Source: Candidatus Poribacteria bacterium | GTDB taxonomy: Bacteria; Poribacteria; WGA-4E; WGA-3G | Reading direction: 5' to 3' | Assembly (NCBI GenBank): GCA_022828145.1 | Contig: JAJEJA010000015.1 | Location: 9,298-73,297 of the forward strand | Length of the DNA: 64,000 bases | Shown here: in pieces, positions 37,461 to 47,138 of the stretch | How positions within the stretch are numbered: position 1 is the first letter of the stretch | Layout: each line of letters opens with the position of its first letter | The notes under the pieces: model-generated | What the model was told of the DNA's origin: nothing | Seen by the model: only the letters and a program-made list of their open reading frames with translations | The model's database searches: none | Made by a program: the position numbers and the translations under genes

Positions 37461-38694
37461 AACGTCAACAAACTCAAGACGAGACTTTCTTGCCAAAGCA
37501 GGTAAAGTTGCATTACTCGCGAGTCTCGGTATTTTTGGTGCTGGCTGCGAAGCCGTCAACCGCGGTCTATTGGATAGAGGTTTAGTCCCCGTTGTTTTGG
37601 AAGATTTGAAGGCAGCAGGTTTGCCGAAGATGGATATGCTTGTCCATTCGGAGAATCCTTTCAACGGGGAATTTCCTCCGCATCTTCTGAATGACAACGT
37701 TACACCAACATCACGACATTTTGTTAGAAACAACAACGGTATCCCAGAACGCGCAATAAAGGAAGATCTCAGTGGATGGCAATTGGCAGTAGACGGTGAA
37801 GTGCATAAAGAACTTGCACTAACGATGGATGAACTGCTTCAGTTCCCACAGGTTACGATGGATGTGGTGCTGGAATGCGCCGGAAACGGAAGAAGTCTAT
37901 TCGTGCCAGAAGTAGATGGCACTCCCTGGCGACGTGGTGCCGTTGCTTGTAGCGAATGGACAGGTGTACGTTTGCGCGATGTCCTACAAGCAGCAGGTGT
38001 AAAACCGACTGCTGTCTATACCGGGAACTATGGAGATGATATTCCTGCTGATGGTAGCGAACAATTTTCGCGCGGAATTCCGATTGGGAAGGCAATGGAT
38101 GAACGGACACTCATCGCATTGAAAATGAACGGAGAGGTCTTACCTGCAGCACACGGATTTCCCGCAAGGTTAATCGTACCCGGATGGATTGGGAGCTCCA
38201 TGCAGAAATGGCTCAACCGCATCTGGGTGAAAGATAAAGTGCACGATTCAGAGAAAATGAGCGGGTATGCCTACCGTATACCTGCGTATCAGGTAGAACC
38301 GGGACATAAACCACCCGTTGAAGATATGCGTATTGCTACTTCATTACGGGTTAAATCTCTCATCACACGACCTGACCCGCATTCAGGTTTCAGTGCTGGA
38401 AACACGATAGAGGTTCGAGGACACGCGTGGGCAGGAGAAAACCGGATCAGTAAAGTCCAGGTCTCAACTGATTTTGGCATCAATTGGCGAGAAACAGAGT
38501 TGATCCTTCCATCAAATAGATATGCTTGGTATCACTGGGAGACCGATATAACACTTGCAAACAGAGGTTATTATGAGATATGGGCACGCGCTTATGATGA
38601 TATAGGTAACGCACAGCCTTTTACACAACCGTGGAACCCTAAAGGATACCTCGGAAATGTCATTCATAGAGTCCCTATTTCTATAACCGCATAA
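37453..38694 (+). CDS. Sulfite oxidase family molybdoenzyme, Tat-exported (possible lipoprotein)
   Basis: SRRDFL twin-arginine motif, GAGC, HFVRNN, LECAGNGR, HGFPARLIVPGWIG, WNPKGY. Confidence 0.9.
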   Translation: MIETSTNSRRDFLAKAGKVALLASLGIFGAGCEAVNRGLLDRGLVPVVLEDLKAAGLPKMDMLVHSENPFNGEFPPHLLNDNVTPTSRHFVRNNNGIPERAIKEDLSGWQLAVDGEVHKELALTMDELLQFPQVTMDVVLECAGNGRSLFVPEVDGTPWRRGAVACSEWTGVRLRDVLQAAGVKPTAVYTGNYGDDIPADGSEQFSRGIPIGKAMDERTLIALKMNGEVLPAAHGFPARLIVPGWIGSSMQKWLNRIWVKDKVHDSEKMSGYAYRIPAYQVEPGHKPPVEDMRIATSLRVKSLITRPDPHSGFSAGNTIEVRGHAWAGENRISKVQVSTDFGINWRETELILPSNRYAWYHWETDITLANRGYYEIWARAYDDIGNAQPFTQPWNPKGYLGNVIHRVPISITA

Positions 38695-38712
38695 AAAGAG
38701 AGGAATTACAGA

Positions 38713-39195
38713 ATGAAACTCGGTGTCATGTCAGATAGTCACGACAATATCCCTAACGTCAAACGGGCAGTAGAACTTTTCAATAAGCTTGGTGTGGACC
38801 TCGTTGTTCATGCGGGTGATTTCATATCACCATTTGCTATTGACCCGTTAGCCGATCTCAATTGCCGTGTCGTTGGTGTTTTTGGTAACAATGATGGTGA
38901 ACGCGTTGTGCTTGCGAAAAAGTTTGAAGCGATCGGTGAGGTGCATCCCAATCTCGCCAGCGTAACACTTAGCGACAAGAGCATCGCAGTCATGCACTAT
39001 CCAGAACTTGCTATACCCATATCCAAAAGTGGTGATTACGATATTGTCGTCTATGGACACACCCATAAGATAGATGTCAATACGGACAATTCGCTCCTGC
39101 TAAATCCAGGGGAAACAGGCGGATGGACAACGGGAAAAGCAACAGTCGCTGTTGTGGATCTGGCAGTCCAGGACGCCAAGATATATGAACTTTAA
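38713..39195 (+). CDS. Metallophosphoesterase (YfcE/MJ0936 family)
   Basis: SDSHDN, HAGD, GNND, GHTH, NPGE. Confidence 0.92.
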   Translation: MKLGVMSDSHDNIPNVKRAVELFNKLGVDLVVHAGDFISPFAIDPLADLNCRVVGVFGNNDGERVVLAKKFEAIGEVHPNLASVTLSDKSIAVMHYPELAIPISKSGDYDIVVYGHTHKIDVNTDNSLLLNPGETGGWTTGKATVAVVDLAVQDAKIYEL

Positions 39196-39203
39196 TAGAA
39201 ATC

Positions 39204-40013
39204 ATGAATGACCATTTATCCGTAGAAACCCCTGAACAGATCGCCCTGAATTTTCAGAAAGCAGGTATTGGCTCCCGTTTTTATGCTGCCTTGATAGACA
39301 CAAGTTTGATCTTACTGATTGTTTTCATTGGAAGATACTTCAATGAGAAGCTTATATTTGAATTGCAAGGTGTCTTTGGGAATTGGCTTGCTGCGATTGG
39401 TGGTATCGTTGTCTTTGCTCTATTTTGGGGATATTATATGGCATTTGAGATCATTACAAATGGTCAATCACCTGGAAAACGGTTACTCGGATTAAGGGTG
39501 ATGAAAGTCGGCGGGTATCCCATAAGTTTTGCAGATTCGGCAATCCGCAACTTAGTCAGAATCGTTGATTTTCTACCATTCTGTTATTGTATAGGGATGA
39601 CCACTATGCTGATAAATGGCAACTGGCAACGATTAGGGGACTTGGCGGCAGGAACACTTGTGGTAAAAACATCAAGAAACAAACTCACACTCACTGATGC
39701 TGGTACAAAAGAAGTCGTACCAGATATCAACATTTCCCCCCAAGAATTTCTCTATGTTGAATGGATACAACCTGATCTCATCACTGATACGGAGTTAAGT
39801 ATGATACGGGAGTATCTATCACGTCGTTCTGCACTTTCAGTCCCACGAAAGATTGAGCTGGCAGAGACGATCGGTAGTCCCATCGTTGAAAAGATGGGGG
39901 GAGACGGTTCTATCCTATACGATAAGTTTTTAGAGGAAGTTTACGCACTCAAGACATCAGAGATCCCTCAGACTGATACTGAAAAAACACAGATTTCTTC
40001 GTCTAAAGAATAA
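39204..40013 (+). CDS. RDD family membrane protein
   Basis: AGIGSRFYAALID, GQSPGKR, QRLGDLAAGT. Confidence 0.9.
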   Translation: MNDHLSVETPEQIALNFQKAGIGSRFYAALIDTSLILLIVFIGRYFNEKLIFELQGVFGNWLAAIGGIVVFALFWGYYMAFEIITNGQSPGKRLLGLRVMKVGGYPISFADSAIRNLVRIVDFLPFCYCIGMTTMLINGNWQRLGDLAAGTLVVKTSRNKLTLTDAGTKEVVPDINISPQEFLYVEWIQPDLITDTELSMIREYLSRRSALSVPRKIELAETIGSPIVEKMGGDGSILYDKFLEEVYALKTSEIPQTDTEKTQISSSKE

Positions 40014-40048
40014 AGCCATTTTTAACTATCAAACTCACGGAAGAAACA

Positions 40049-41062
40049 ATGAACACATTAACAGATAGAAACATAGTCGGTGTGACAGGAACTTTTAGCA
40101 GGATCATAAGGTTCTATCTAAACCATTTCGGCTTGTTTTGGAAAGTGATGATACCAGTTGTTCTACTGTGTTTTCTCATTGATGTCGCGGTACTTCTCTA
40201 CTATTATAACTATGTTGTCGAGCCTTTTTGGACTGTCGAAACATCGGGTGGTTTTTATGTGACCCATAATGTTACACCAGAAGCAAATACGGTGAAAAAA
40301 TCAATGGGATATTCGTCCTTCATTGCACTTTTCCTCTGGTTTGCTATGTGTCCTCTCGTACTCACGGCTTACAGACTACATCGTGGTATGGATGTATCGT
40401 TCCAAGATGTCTGGCGGCAAACGTTACGGAGAAGTTTATCAATTATCGGAGCGTCATTGCTATTGATTGTATTGTTCATTTTTCTGACTTTTCTGGTTTT
40501 CGCTATCTCTCAGCTCATTACATTTTCGATTGATTTTTCACCTATTTATATTTTAACCGTCCTTGTCTTTCTTGGTGTTATCGTCTATTTTGCTGTGAGA
40601 TGGAGTCTGCTAAATCAAGGCATCATCATTGAAGGTTTATCCGTAATTAAGGCTTATCGTAGAAGTTATGCGCTTGTCAAAGGTAGAATAGTTAGTTTTT
40701 TTGGCAGATACCTGTTACTATTATGGGGTTCAGGTGTAATTATTGGTTTGGTCTTTGCTCTAACGTTCTTGATGCTTTCTACTATTGCACCTGAATTAAA
40801 ACCGATGCAGGAAAAGTTGTTGTCTGTAGAAATCTATAATATCTTGTTGGGAATTGAAGTTTCATGGCAATACAAAGACTATATTGTAGACATTGGCAAT
40901 ATAGAAGTAACTTTATCAACAGTGCCTACTTTTTGGGTCATTATGGTCATACTGATACAAAAAATAATTCTCTATGCGGTTTTCACACCTCTTTGGGCAA
41001 TATTGACAACACATCTGTATTTGGAGCAGACTGATGGAGAATCCGATACGGATGCGGTTTAG
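40049..41062 (+). CDS. Multi-pass membrane protein of unknown function
   Basis: Six or more hydrophobic segments; downstream of the RDD gene. Confidence 0.7.
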   Translation: MNTLTDRNIVGVTGTFSRIIRFYLNHFGLFWKVMIPVVLLCFLIDVAVLLYYYNYVVEPFWTVETSGGFYVTHNVTPEANTVKKSMGYSSFIALFLWFAMCPLVLTAYRLHRGMDVSFQDVWRQTLRRSLSIIGASLLLIVLFIFLTFLVFAISQLITFSIDFSPIYILTVLVFLGVIVYFAVRWSLLNQGIIIEGLSVIKAYRRSYALVKGRIVSFFGRYLLLLWGSGVIIGLVFALTFLMLSTIAPELKPMQEKLLSVEIYNILLGIEVSWQYKDYIVDIGNIEVTLSTVPTFWVIMVILIQKIILYAVFTPLWAILTTHLYLEQTDGESDTDAV

Positions 41063-42252
41063 TTGTAATGTGAATTAGTACTTTTGTTAGTGCCTAAGTT
41101 CTTGTCGTTGCTGTTTTGTAGTGCATCTTGGATTTCTGAGATTACTTCTGCGTCATTTTCCTGTTGTAATTGTGCATGCAGTGCCTGTTCGGCTTGCTTT
41201 CCGCCGATTTGTCCTAATGCCCAAGCAGCATGTCCACGGATTAAGGGTTCGTCATCTACTAATGCTTTTCTGAGTGCTGGTACTGCAGCGCGTGATCCCC
41301 AATTTCCTATGGCAACGATGACGTTTCGTAAAAATCCTCTCCGCTTTGCACGTTTGATAGGACTCCCTCTATACTTTTCGCTAAACTCAGCTTGTGTCAT
41401 GTTGACAAGTGAGAGCAATTCAGGTGCAAGGTTGCCATCTCGTGGTTGAAATGCGGGTTCACCTGTTGATACTGCCTTGCTGTTCCACGGACATACCTCT
41501 TGGCAGATATCGCATCCGAAAATCAGATTACCCATTTTGGAACGGAGTTCCTTTGGTATGCTGTCCTTGAGTTCAATTGTCAGATATGAAATGCATAGTC
41601 TGGAATCCAGCACATTCGGTTCAATGAATGCGTCTGTTGGACACGCCTCAAGACACTTGGTGCATGTACCACAACTGCCACGTAAGGTTTCTGTTTCCCC
41701 GCCTAAATCTTTGCTGACTAAATCTATGCTGACAAGCACTTCTGCGAGGAAATACCATGACCCTGAACGCCAATTAATAAGGTTAGTGTTTTTCCCTATC
41801 CAACCGAGTTTGGCTTTCTGTGCATATTCTCTTTCTAAGACCGGGCCCGAATCAACAAAGACACGACTTTTGAGTTGATCCTCTCCCGTGGTTTTGATGA
41901 AATCAACAAGGTCTAAAAGCCGTTCACGGATAACATCGTGGTAATCGTCCCCCCAAGCATATCGTGAAATCTGTCCACGGCTCGGATTCTCTGCGAGTGC
42001 TTTTGGTGTATCAATCGTGTAATAGTTCATCGCAAGACTTATGATAGATTTAGCCTCTTGAAGGAGTCTACGCGTGTCTTCCTTTAGCGGTAGGTGTCTT
42101 TCGAGGTATCCCATTTTACCGGCGTATCCATTTTCAATCCATTGTCGGTAACGTTGTATGGTTTGGCTCTGTTCGGCTGGTGTAATACCGACAAGTTCAA
42201 ACCCGAGATCGCGTGCCCGCTTCTGGATTTGTTGGGATAGTGTGTTATTCAT
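41059..42252 (-). CDS. queG: tRNA epoxyqueuosine(34) reductase
   Basis: ISRYAWGDDYH, DSGPVLER, GWIGKN, CGTCTKCLEACPT, GCDICQEVCPWN, HEAT-repeat tail. Confidence 0.95.
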   Translation of the reverse strand: MNNTLSQQIQKRARDLGFELVGITPAEQSQTIQRYRQWIENGYAGKMGYLERHLPLKEDTRRLLQEAKSIISLAMNYYTIDTPKALAENPSRGQISRYAWGDDYHDVIRERLLDLVDFIKTTGEDQLKSRVFVDSGPVLEREYAQKAKLGWIGKNTNLINWRSGSWYFLAEVLVSIDLVSKDLGGETETLRGSCGTCTKCLEACPTDAFIEPNVLDSRLCISYLTIELKDSIPKELRSKMGNLIFGCDICQEVCPWNSKAVSTGEPAFQPRDGNLAPELLSLVNMTQAEFSEKYRGSPIKRAKRRGFLRNVIVAIGNWGSRAAVPALRKALVDDEPLIRGHAAWALGQIGGKQAEQALHAQLQQENDAEVISEIQDALQNSNDKNLGTNKSTNSHYN

Positions 42253-42326
42253 GGCTCTCTACTTGGAATTATCGGGAGTTATTCAATAGAGAAGTTCAAT
42301 CGATAATGGGACATCAGATTTATAGG

Positions 42327-43394
42327 CTATTTTTCACCCCGTGGGTATGAACCGAGGATTTTCACATTACGACATATATCTTCCAAGGATTCAAGGGCGA
42401 AGCGCACGTTCTCATCGTCTGTATGTGCTTCAATATCCGCGTAAAAGATATATTCCCACGGCTTTGTGCGAGAAGGGAGTGATGCTATTTTGCTCAAGTT
42501 CAATTGATGTTTATCCAACACACCCAACATTTCGTACAGCGCACCGATTTTGTCTTTGATAGCAAAGAAGATGGATGTGCAGTCGTTCCCTGTTTTGCCA
42601 TAAGTTTGATTGCCAATAACAAAGAAGCGAGTAGTGTTATCTGGGTCATCCATAATGGAATCTGCTATGATAGGAACCTCATAGATTTCACTTGCAAGTC
42701 GGCTTGCGATAGCAGCTGAATTCGGTTCTGCTGCGGCGCGTTGTGCAGCATCGGATGTACTTACCACCTCAATCTGTTCCACCGATTTCATGAATTTGTT
42801 CAACCATAGTCTACACTGTGCAAAGGTTTGACTGTGTGAGTAGATACGTTGAATTTTTGAGAGCGGAAACCTTGAGATAAGATTATGTTTGATGGGTTGG
42901 TATATCTCTGCACAGATATTGAGTCGTGTGTGTAAGAAACGTTCTAAGACGTCTCTGACGGTGCCGTGCACAGAGTTTTCTATGGCAACCACGCCAAAAT
43001 CAGCGCGTCCTGTTTCAACTTCAGTGAAGATATCTGTCTGCGGTGTGATGGGAATTAATTCTGCTTTAGGACCGAAAAATGCATCACTTGCGGTGTGTCC
43101 GAAACTTCCCACTGGTCCGAGATATGCGATACGGTTTTTTGGTATTTGCACATTTCGTGATGCCGAAAAGATTTCCGCCCAAATTTTCTCAATAGCGTCT
43201 TCAGGGTATATACCGAAATTCTGCTTTATGAGACGAGTTATGATTTCGTACTCACGATGCGGCACATGGATATCCGATCCTTCATCTGCTTTTAGGCTTC
43301 CCACTTGCTTTGAGAGCTGGGCACGTTCATGCAGTAGTCTTAGAAGTTGGTCATCAATGCGATTTATTTCATCGCGTAATTCTTTTAGTTCCAA
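42327..43394 (-). CDS. pheA: Chorismate mutase / prephenate dehydratase
   Basis: LRDEINRID..LL.LL.ER (CM), AYLGPVGSF, ENSVHG, NTTRF, ACT domain SLPSR. TTG 43394 with GGAG SD is preferred over 43484. Confidence 0.93.
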   Translation of the reverse strand: MELKELRDEINRIDDQLLRLLHERAQLSKQVGSLKADEGSDIHVPHREYEIITRLIKQNFGIYPEDAIEKIWAEIFSASRNVQIPKNRIAYLGPVGSFGHTASDAFFGPKAELIPITPQTDIFTEVETGRADFGVVAIENSVHGTVRDVLERFLHTRLNICAEIYQPIKHNLISRFPLSKIQRIYSHSQTFAQCRLWLNKFMKSVEQIEVVSTSDAAQRAAAEPNSAAIASRLASEIYEVPIIADSIMDDPDNTTRFFVIGNQTYGKTGNDCTSIFFAIKDKIGALYEMLGVLDKHQLNLSKIASLPSRTKPWEYIFYADIEAHTDDENVRFALESLEDICRNVKILGSYPRGEK

Positions 43395-43490
43395 TGCAGT
43401 GATCTCCGAAAAAACGTTCAATATCACGGTATCGGGCAGACGATTGCCTACCGGATACCGTGAGATTGTGGTGTTATGTAGCATGAAAAT

Positions 43491-43736
43491 CTAACTGTTC
43501 AATTTTCTCATAGCAGCAATCATCTCATCATCTGAGGGATTGTTTTTTACCATTTCAACAAAATCGTCAGCAGATATGTTATGTTCCTCCAGGAACATTT
43601 TATCTTGTGGTCATGGATATATGTATTCACCGATGATACCTTGCAGTTTTGCGCTTGCTTTATCTGAGATTCTGGCTAACCAGGGGATTCCACCGATGAT
43701 CATATCACGATGTCGTGGTTTCCAATCAAGTGACAT
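43491..43736 (-). CDS. DUF5069-like small protein with in-frame UGA (candidate selenoprotein, 81 aa)
   Basis: AGGAGG SD; MSLDWKPRHRDMIIGGIPWLARISDKASAKLQGIIGEYIYP-UGA-PQDKMFLEEHNISADDF...; hairpin immediately 3' of the UGA. Confidence 0.7.
43571..43610 (-). promoter_or_regulatory. Putative bacterial SECIS element
   Basis: 12 nt after the UGA: AUGUUCC-UGGA-GGAACAU (43581-43598), plus a lower AGAUA/UAUCU stem. The loop is 19 nt from the UGA and has G at position 2. Confidence 0.6.
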
Positions 43737-43771
43737 GTGTTTCACCTCCTTCTATAGATTCAATACCGAAT

Positions 43772-46700
43772 TTACTCCTTACTATTTTCTTGAAGTTGTT
43801 TTAATGTTTGCTCTAAACGTTCGAGATGTTGTCCGTATTCTGCCCAGTTGCCGTTGCGTCGTGCGTTTTGAGCGTTGGTAAAGTGGTCGTTTGCCTGCTC
43901 AATTAACGTCTGCAGTGAACTATCAAGAGTGGGGAGAGCAGAGGTATCAAGTGTACCGTCAACGGTAGGTGTCGTTCCTTCGCTCTGTAACCCCAATCTC
44001 GTCAAAAACATCTCTCGGAGTGCTACATCAAGACTCTCACCCCAGACGACCTCATTCCCATATCCGATAACGACCCGTCGCAATTCAGGAATAGCAGTCT
44101 TTTCATCTTCAGCTTGGATATAGATTGGTTCAACATAGAGTAGAGAGTCGTTCATAGGTAGAATAAGCAGATTTCCGCGCAGGACACGAGAACCTTGCGT
44201 ATTCCAGAGGCTAATCTGTTGTGAGATCTCTGGTTCTTGACTGATGAAGTTTTCAACCTGCATGGGACCTGCGACCTGTTTCCCTTTCGGAAAACGATAG
44301 ACGAGGAGTTGACCGTATTGCGGCAGGTCACATCGTGCTGCGATCCAGGCAGTAAGATTTGGTTTGTTGTACGGCACATAAGGTAACATCAACATAAATT
44401 CAGCTTTTTCTTGTCCTGGTAACTTTATAACGACATAATAGGGTTCAACAGGTTGTCCATCTACACCTGAGCTTTGAACAGGTTGCTGTGTTGTACCAAA
44501 ACGTTGTGTCGGTTGTGTTGTCTGGACTTGGCTTGTTTGAGCATCTGTATGGTCATAAAGTTCCTTGCCGATTTCCCATCTATCCTCAGCAGCATAAAAC
44601 GTAACCGGATCGTTCATGTGGTAATCTTCGTATACGCGTGCTTGTATAAGAAACATCGATGTTGGGTATCGAATATGTGCTTTGAGTTCTTCAGGCATTT
44701 CGGAGAAGGGCTTAAACAGGTCAGGAAAGATTTTTCGATAACATTCTGCTATTGGGTCCTTTTCCCGTTCTACCAGATAGAATTCAACAGTGCCATCATA
44801 AGCATCTACCACCACTTTGACAGAGTTTCGGATGTAGTTTCCCCAAGGTTCACCGTTTCGTTGTGTGCTTGCGCCTTGTTGCCTTCTATTGTCAACAAAG
44901 TTTTGCATAGAAACAGCATAAGGATAACGGTGTGTGATGGTATAAGCATCAATCATCCATACAATTCTCCCGTTATGAATTATGATGTAAGGATCGCCAT
45001 CATAGCGTAAGAAGGGTGCGATTTTCTGAACACGTTTATTGATATTTCGATTGTATAGGATTTTGCTGTTGTGTGCTGATTGAATCTCCCCTGGTAGTAC
45101 AAAGTTTATCTGGTTATCAAATTTGAGCATATACAGAAATTTACGCCAGAAAGAGTTTAGTGGGACGCCGCCCTTTCCTTTATATGCGTATTCGGCGTAT
45201 TGTTGCCCCTCAATTGGATAATCGAATTCAAGTGGTCCTTTACTACGGTCAGGGTGTACGATCACATATCGGTTTGTCCGTTCACCATAGTAGATGCGAG
45301 GACCGGGTATTTCTGCAAACCTGTGTTGCCACTGTGTATCGTATTCAGGGGGTAGTCCTTTGATGTACATATTCGGTTTGCCGCTGTTAATTTCATTCAC
45401 GGGACTAATGACGGCACCGTAGCCGTGTGTATAGACATAGGTTTCCTTATACCAATCATTTCTGTTTTCTATGGGGAGTTGATCAATATTCAGTTCCCGA
45501 CCTGACAACATCACTTGCCTAATTTCATCATCAACGATGTATCTGTCGATGTCAACATCCACGAAGTCGTATTGGGTTCGGAGTTCTTGTAGTTGTCGGA
45601 ACGTTCGACGTAAAGGTCGCCAATCCCATAGACGTATGCTATTGAAAACAGGTGCGTTTTCTTCACTTATGATCTCTTCGTAACTAATTTCTTCTGTCAA
45701 CGGATATTCCTCTACTAATACCTTGTTTTCCGCTAAACCGTAAGCTTGTAGCGTTGCTCTGATGTTGTAATTGATAAACTGTGTCTCTAATACCTGTTTA
45801 TTCGGTTCAACACGCCATTTCTGTATAATCTGAGGATATAGATTACCGAGAAGTCCTGCGGCGATGAAAAAGATCAATCCCCCAAAAGCATAAGTGTTCT
45901 TACGGATAAAGATGCTGACGATAAAAATAAGAGCAACCAATACCGTAATAACGAGCATTATCCACAGTATAGGTAGCCGCGCGTTTATTGCAGCGAATCC
46001 ACCACCTCCACGGACGACATCATTCGTTCCATATAACAGGTCATACATGACAAACCGGTAATTCCAGGCGCGGAAGAGGAGCGTTATACCAGCAAGCGTA
46101 AATAGATGTACCTTCACCTTGAAAGGGGGTTGGAATCGGAATTGGTTTGTATCTCCTGTGATCAATCCGTGAAAAAAGTAGATGAGAATTGCGAAAATTG
46201 TTACCAGCATGAACATCCCAAAAAATGTGCCGCATATATACCGCAACATCGGCATTTTGAATATGTAATAGGCGTTATCCTTTTTGAAAATTGGGTCTCG
46301 GGCAATTGATGTAAAGAACGCCTTCTGTCCCGACTCAATTTGCACCGTTGTGTTTAGACCTAATCCGATAGGTATGTCAACTGCTTTACCGTCCTCTGTC
46401 CTTTCCTCGGTCAGAATACTCTCAACTTGTGCAGTTTGTTCGTTCCCATCAACATTAATTGTTATCTGATCACCGATCTGTATTTTTTTCGCGTTTAATT
46501 CTAATGTTGAAACGGGGAGTTCGGTTGAGTCGATACCTTCACCTACAGCGATAGGTGTTGCAGCCTGAAAGTTCAAGGTATCGGCGTGTGTATATCGTAG
46601 ATAGACTTCCCATCTGTCAGTTGCAGTATATCCCATTAGCACGCTGTATAGAACTGCAAGCAGTGTGAGTCCTCCATAAATCATCTTTCGTGTGTTGGTT

Positions 46701-46984
46701 TCTCCGCCAGTGAATTCAGTGCCGCCTAAGAAAGCAGGACTGAGGTGTGCTGGTGTGAATTTATATACTATGAATAAATTCGTTAAGAGAACGATGAGAT
46801 AGACTAACCCTACGATAACGCCAACGAAAATCTTAGTGGTGAGTATTTTGGTGTAGACGCTGAGGTGTTCCACCATCCCGAACCATAGTACATCAGGATA
46901 GATATTGACCCATGCGGCAATAATCCCTGCCAGTACGGCTAAAACGGCGGCAATTATGATAAACTTCTTTACCCGTGGTTCCAT
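43772..46984 (-). CDS. UPF0182 family membrane protein
   Basis: IRLWDWRPL, DVDIDRY, YTHGYG, PRIYYGE, APFLRYDGDPY, NYIRNSVK, LLYVEPIY. Confidence 0.92.
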   Translation of the reverse strand: MEPRVKKFIIIAAVLAVLAGIIAAWVNIYPDVLWFGMVEHLSVYTKILTTKIFVGVIVGLVYLIVLLTNLFIVYKFTPAHLSPAFLGGTEFTGGETNTRKMIYGGLTLLAVLYSVLMGYTATDRWEVYLRYTHADTLNFQAATPIAVGEGIDSTELPVSTLELNAKKIQIGDQITINVDGNEQTAQVESILTEERTEDGKAVDIPIGLGLNTTVQIESGQKAFFTSIARDPIFKKDNAYYIFKMPMLRYICGTFFGMFMLVTIFAILIYFFHGLITGDTNQFRFQPPFKVKVHLFTLAGITLLFRAWNYRFVMYDLLYGTNDVVRGGGGFAAINARLPILWIMLVITVLVALIFIVSIFIRKNTYAFGGLIFFIAAGLLGNLYPQIIQKWRVEPNKQVLETQFINYNIRATLQAYGLAENKVLVEEYPLTEEISYEEIISEENAPVFNSIRLWDWRPLRRTFRQLQELRTQYDFVDVDIDRYIVDDEIRQVMLSGRELNIDQLPIENRNDWYKETYVYTHGYGAVISPVNEINSGKPNMYIKGLPPEYDTQWQHRFAEIPGPRIYYGERTNRYVIVHPDRSKGPLEFDYPIEGQQYAEYAYKGKGGVPLNSFWRKFLYMLKFDNQINFVLPGEIQSAHNSKILYNRNINKRVQKIAPFLRYDGDPYIIIHNGRIVWMIDAYTITHRYPYAVSMQNFVDNRRQQGASTQRNGEPWGNYIRNSVKVVVDAYDGTVEFYLVEREKDPIAECYRKIFPDLFKPFSEMPEELKAHIRYPTSMFLIQARVYEDYHMNDPVTFYAAEDRWEIGKELYDHTDAQTSQVQTTQPTQRFGTTQQPVQSSGVDGQPVEPYYVVIKLPGQEKAEFMLMLPYVPYNKPNLTAWIAARCDLPQYGQLLVYRFPKGKQVAGPMQVENFISQEPEISQQISLWNTQGSRVLRGNLLILPMNDSLLYVEPIYIQAEDEKTAIPELRRVVIGYGNEVVWGESLDVALREMFLTRLGLQSEGTTPTVDGTLDTSALPTLDSSLQTLIEQANDHFTNAQNARRNGNWAEYGQHLERLEQTLKQLQENSKE

Positions 46985-47138
46985 TTTTTCTCCTTATCTG
47001 GATTTTTTCTTTATATAGTAAAGTTAACTTGTGTACGGCACACGGAGTGTGCCTACTACTTTTAAGAGCATGTTTTACATCAATATTTTTATGCACACCC
47101 CTCATTTTAAAGAATTTCTTAACACAACATTATGCAGA

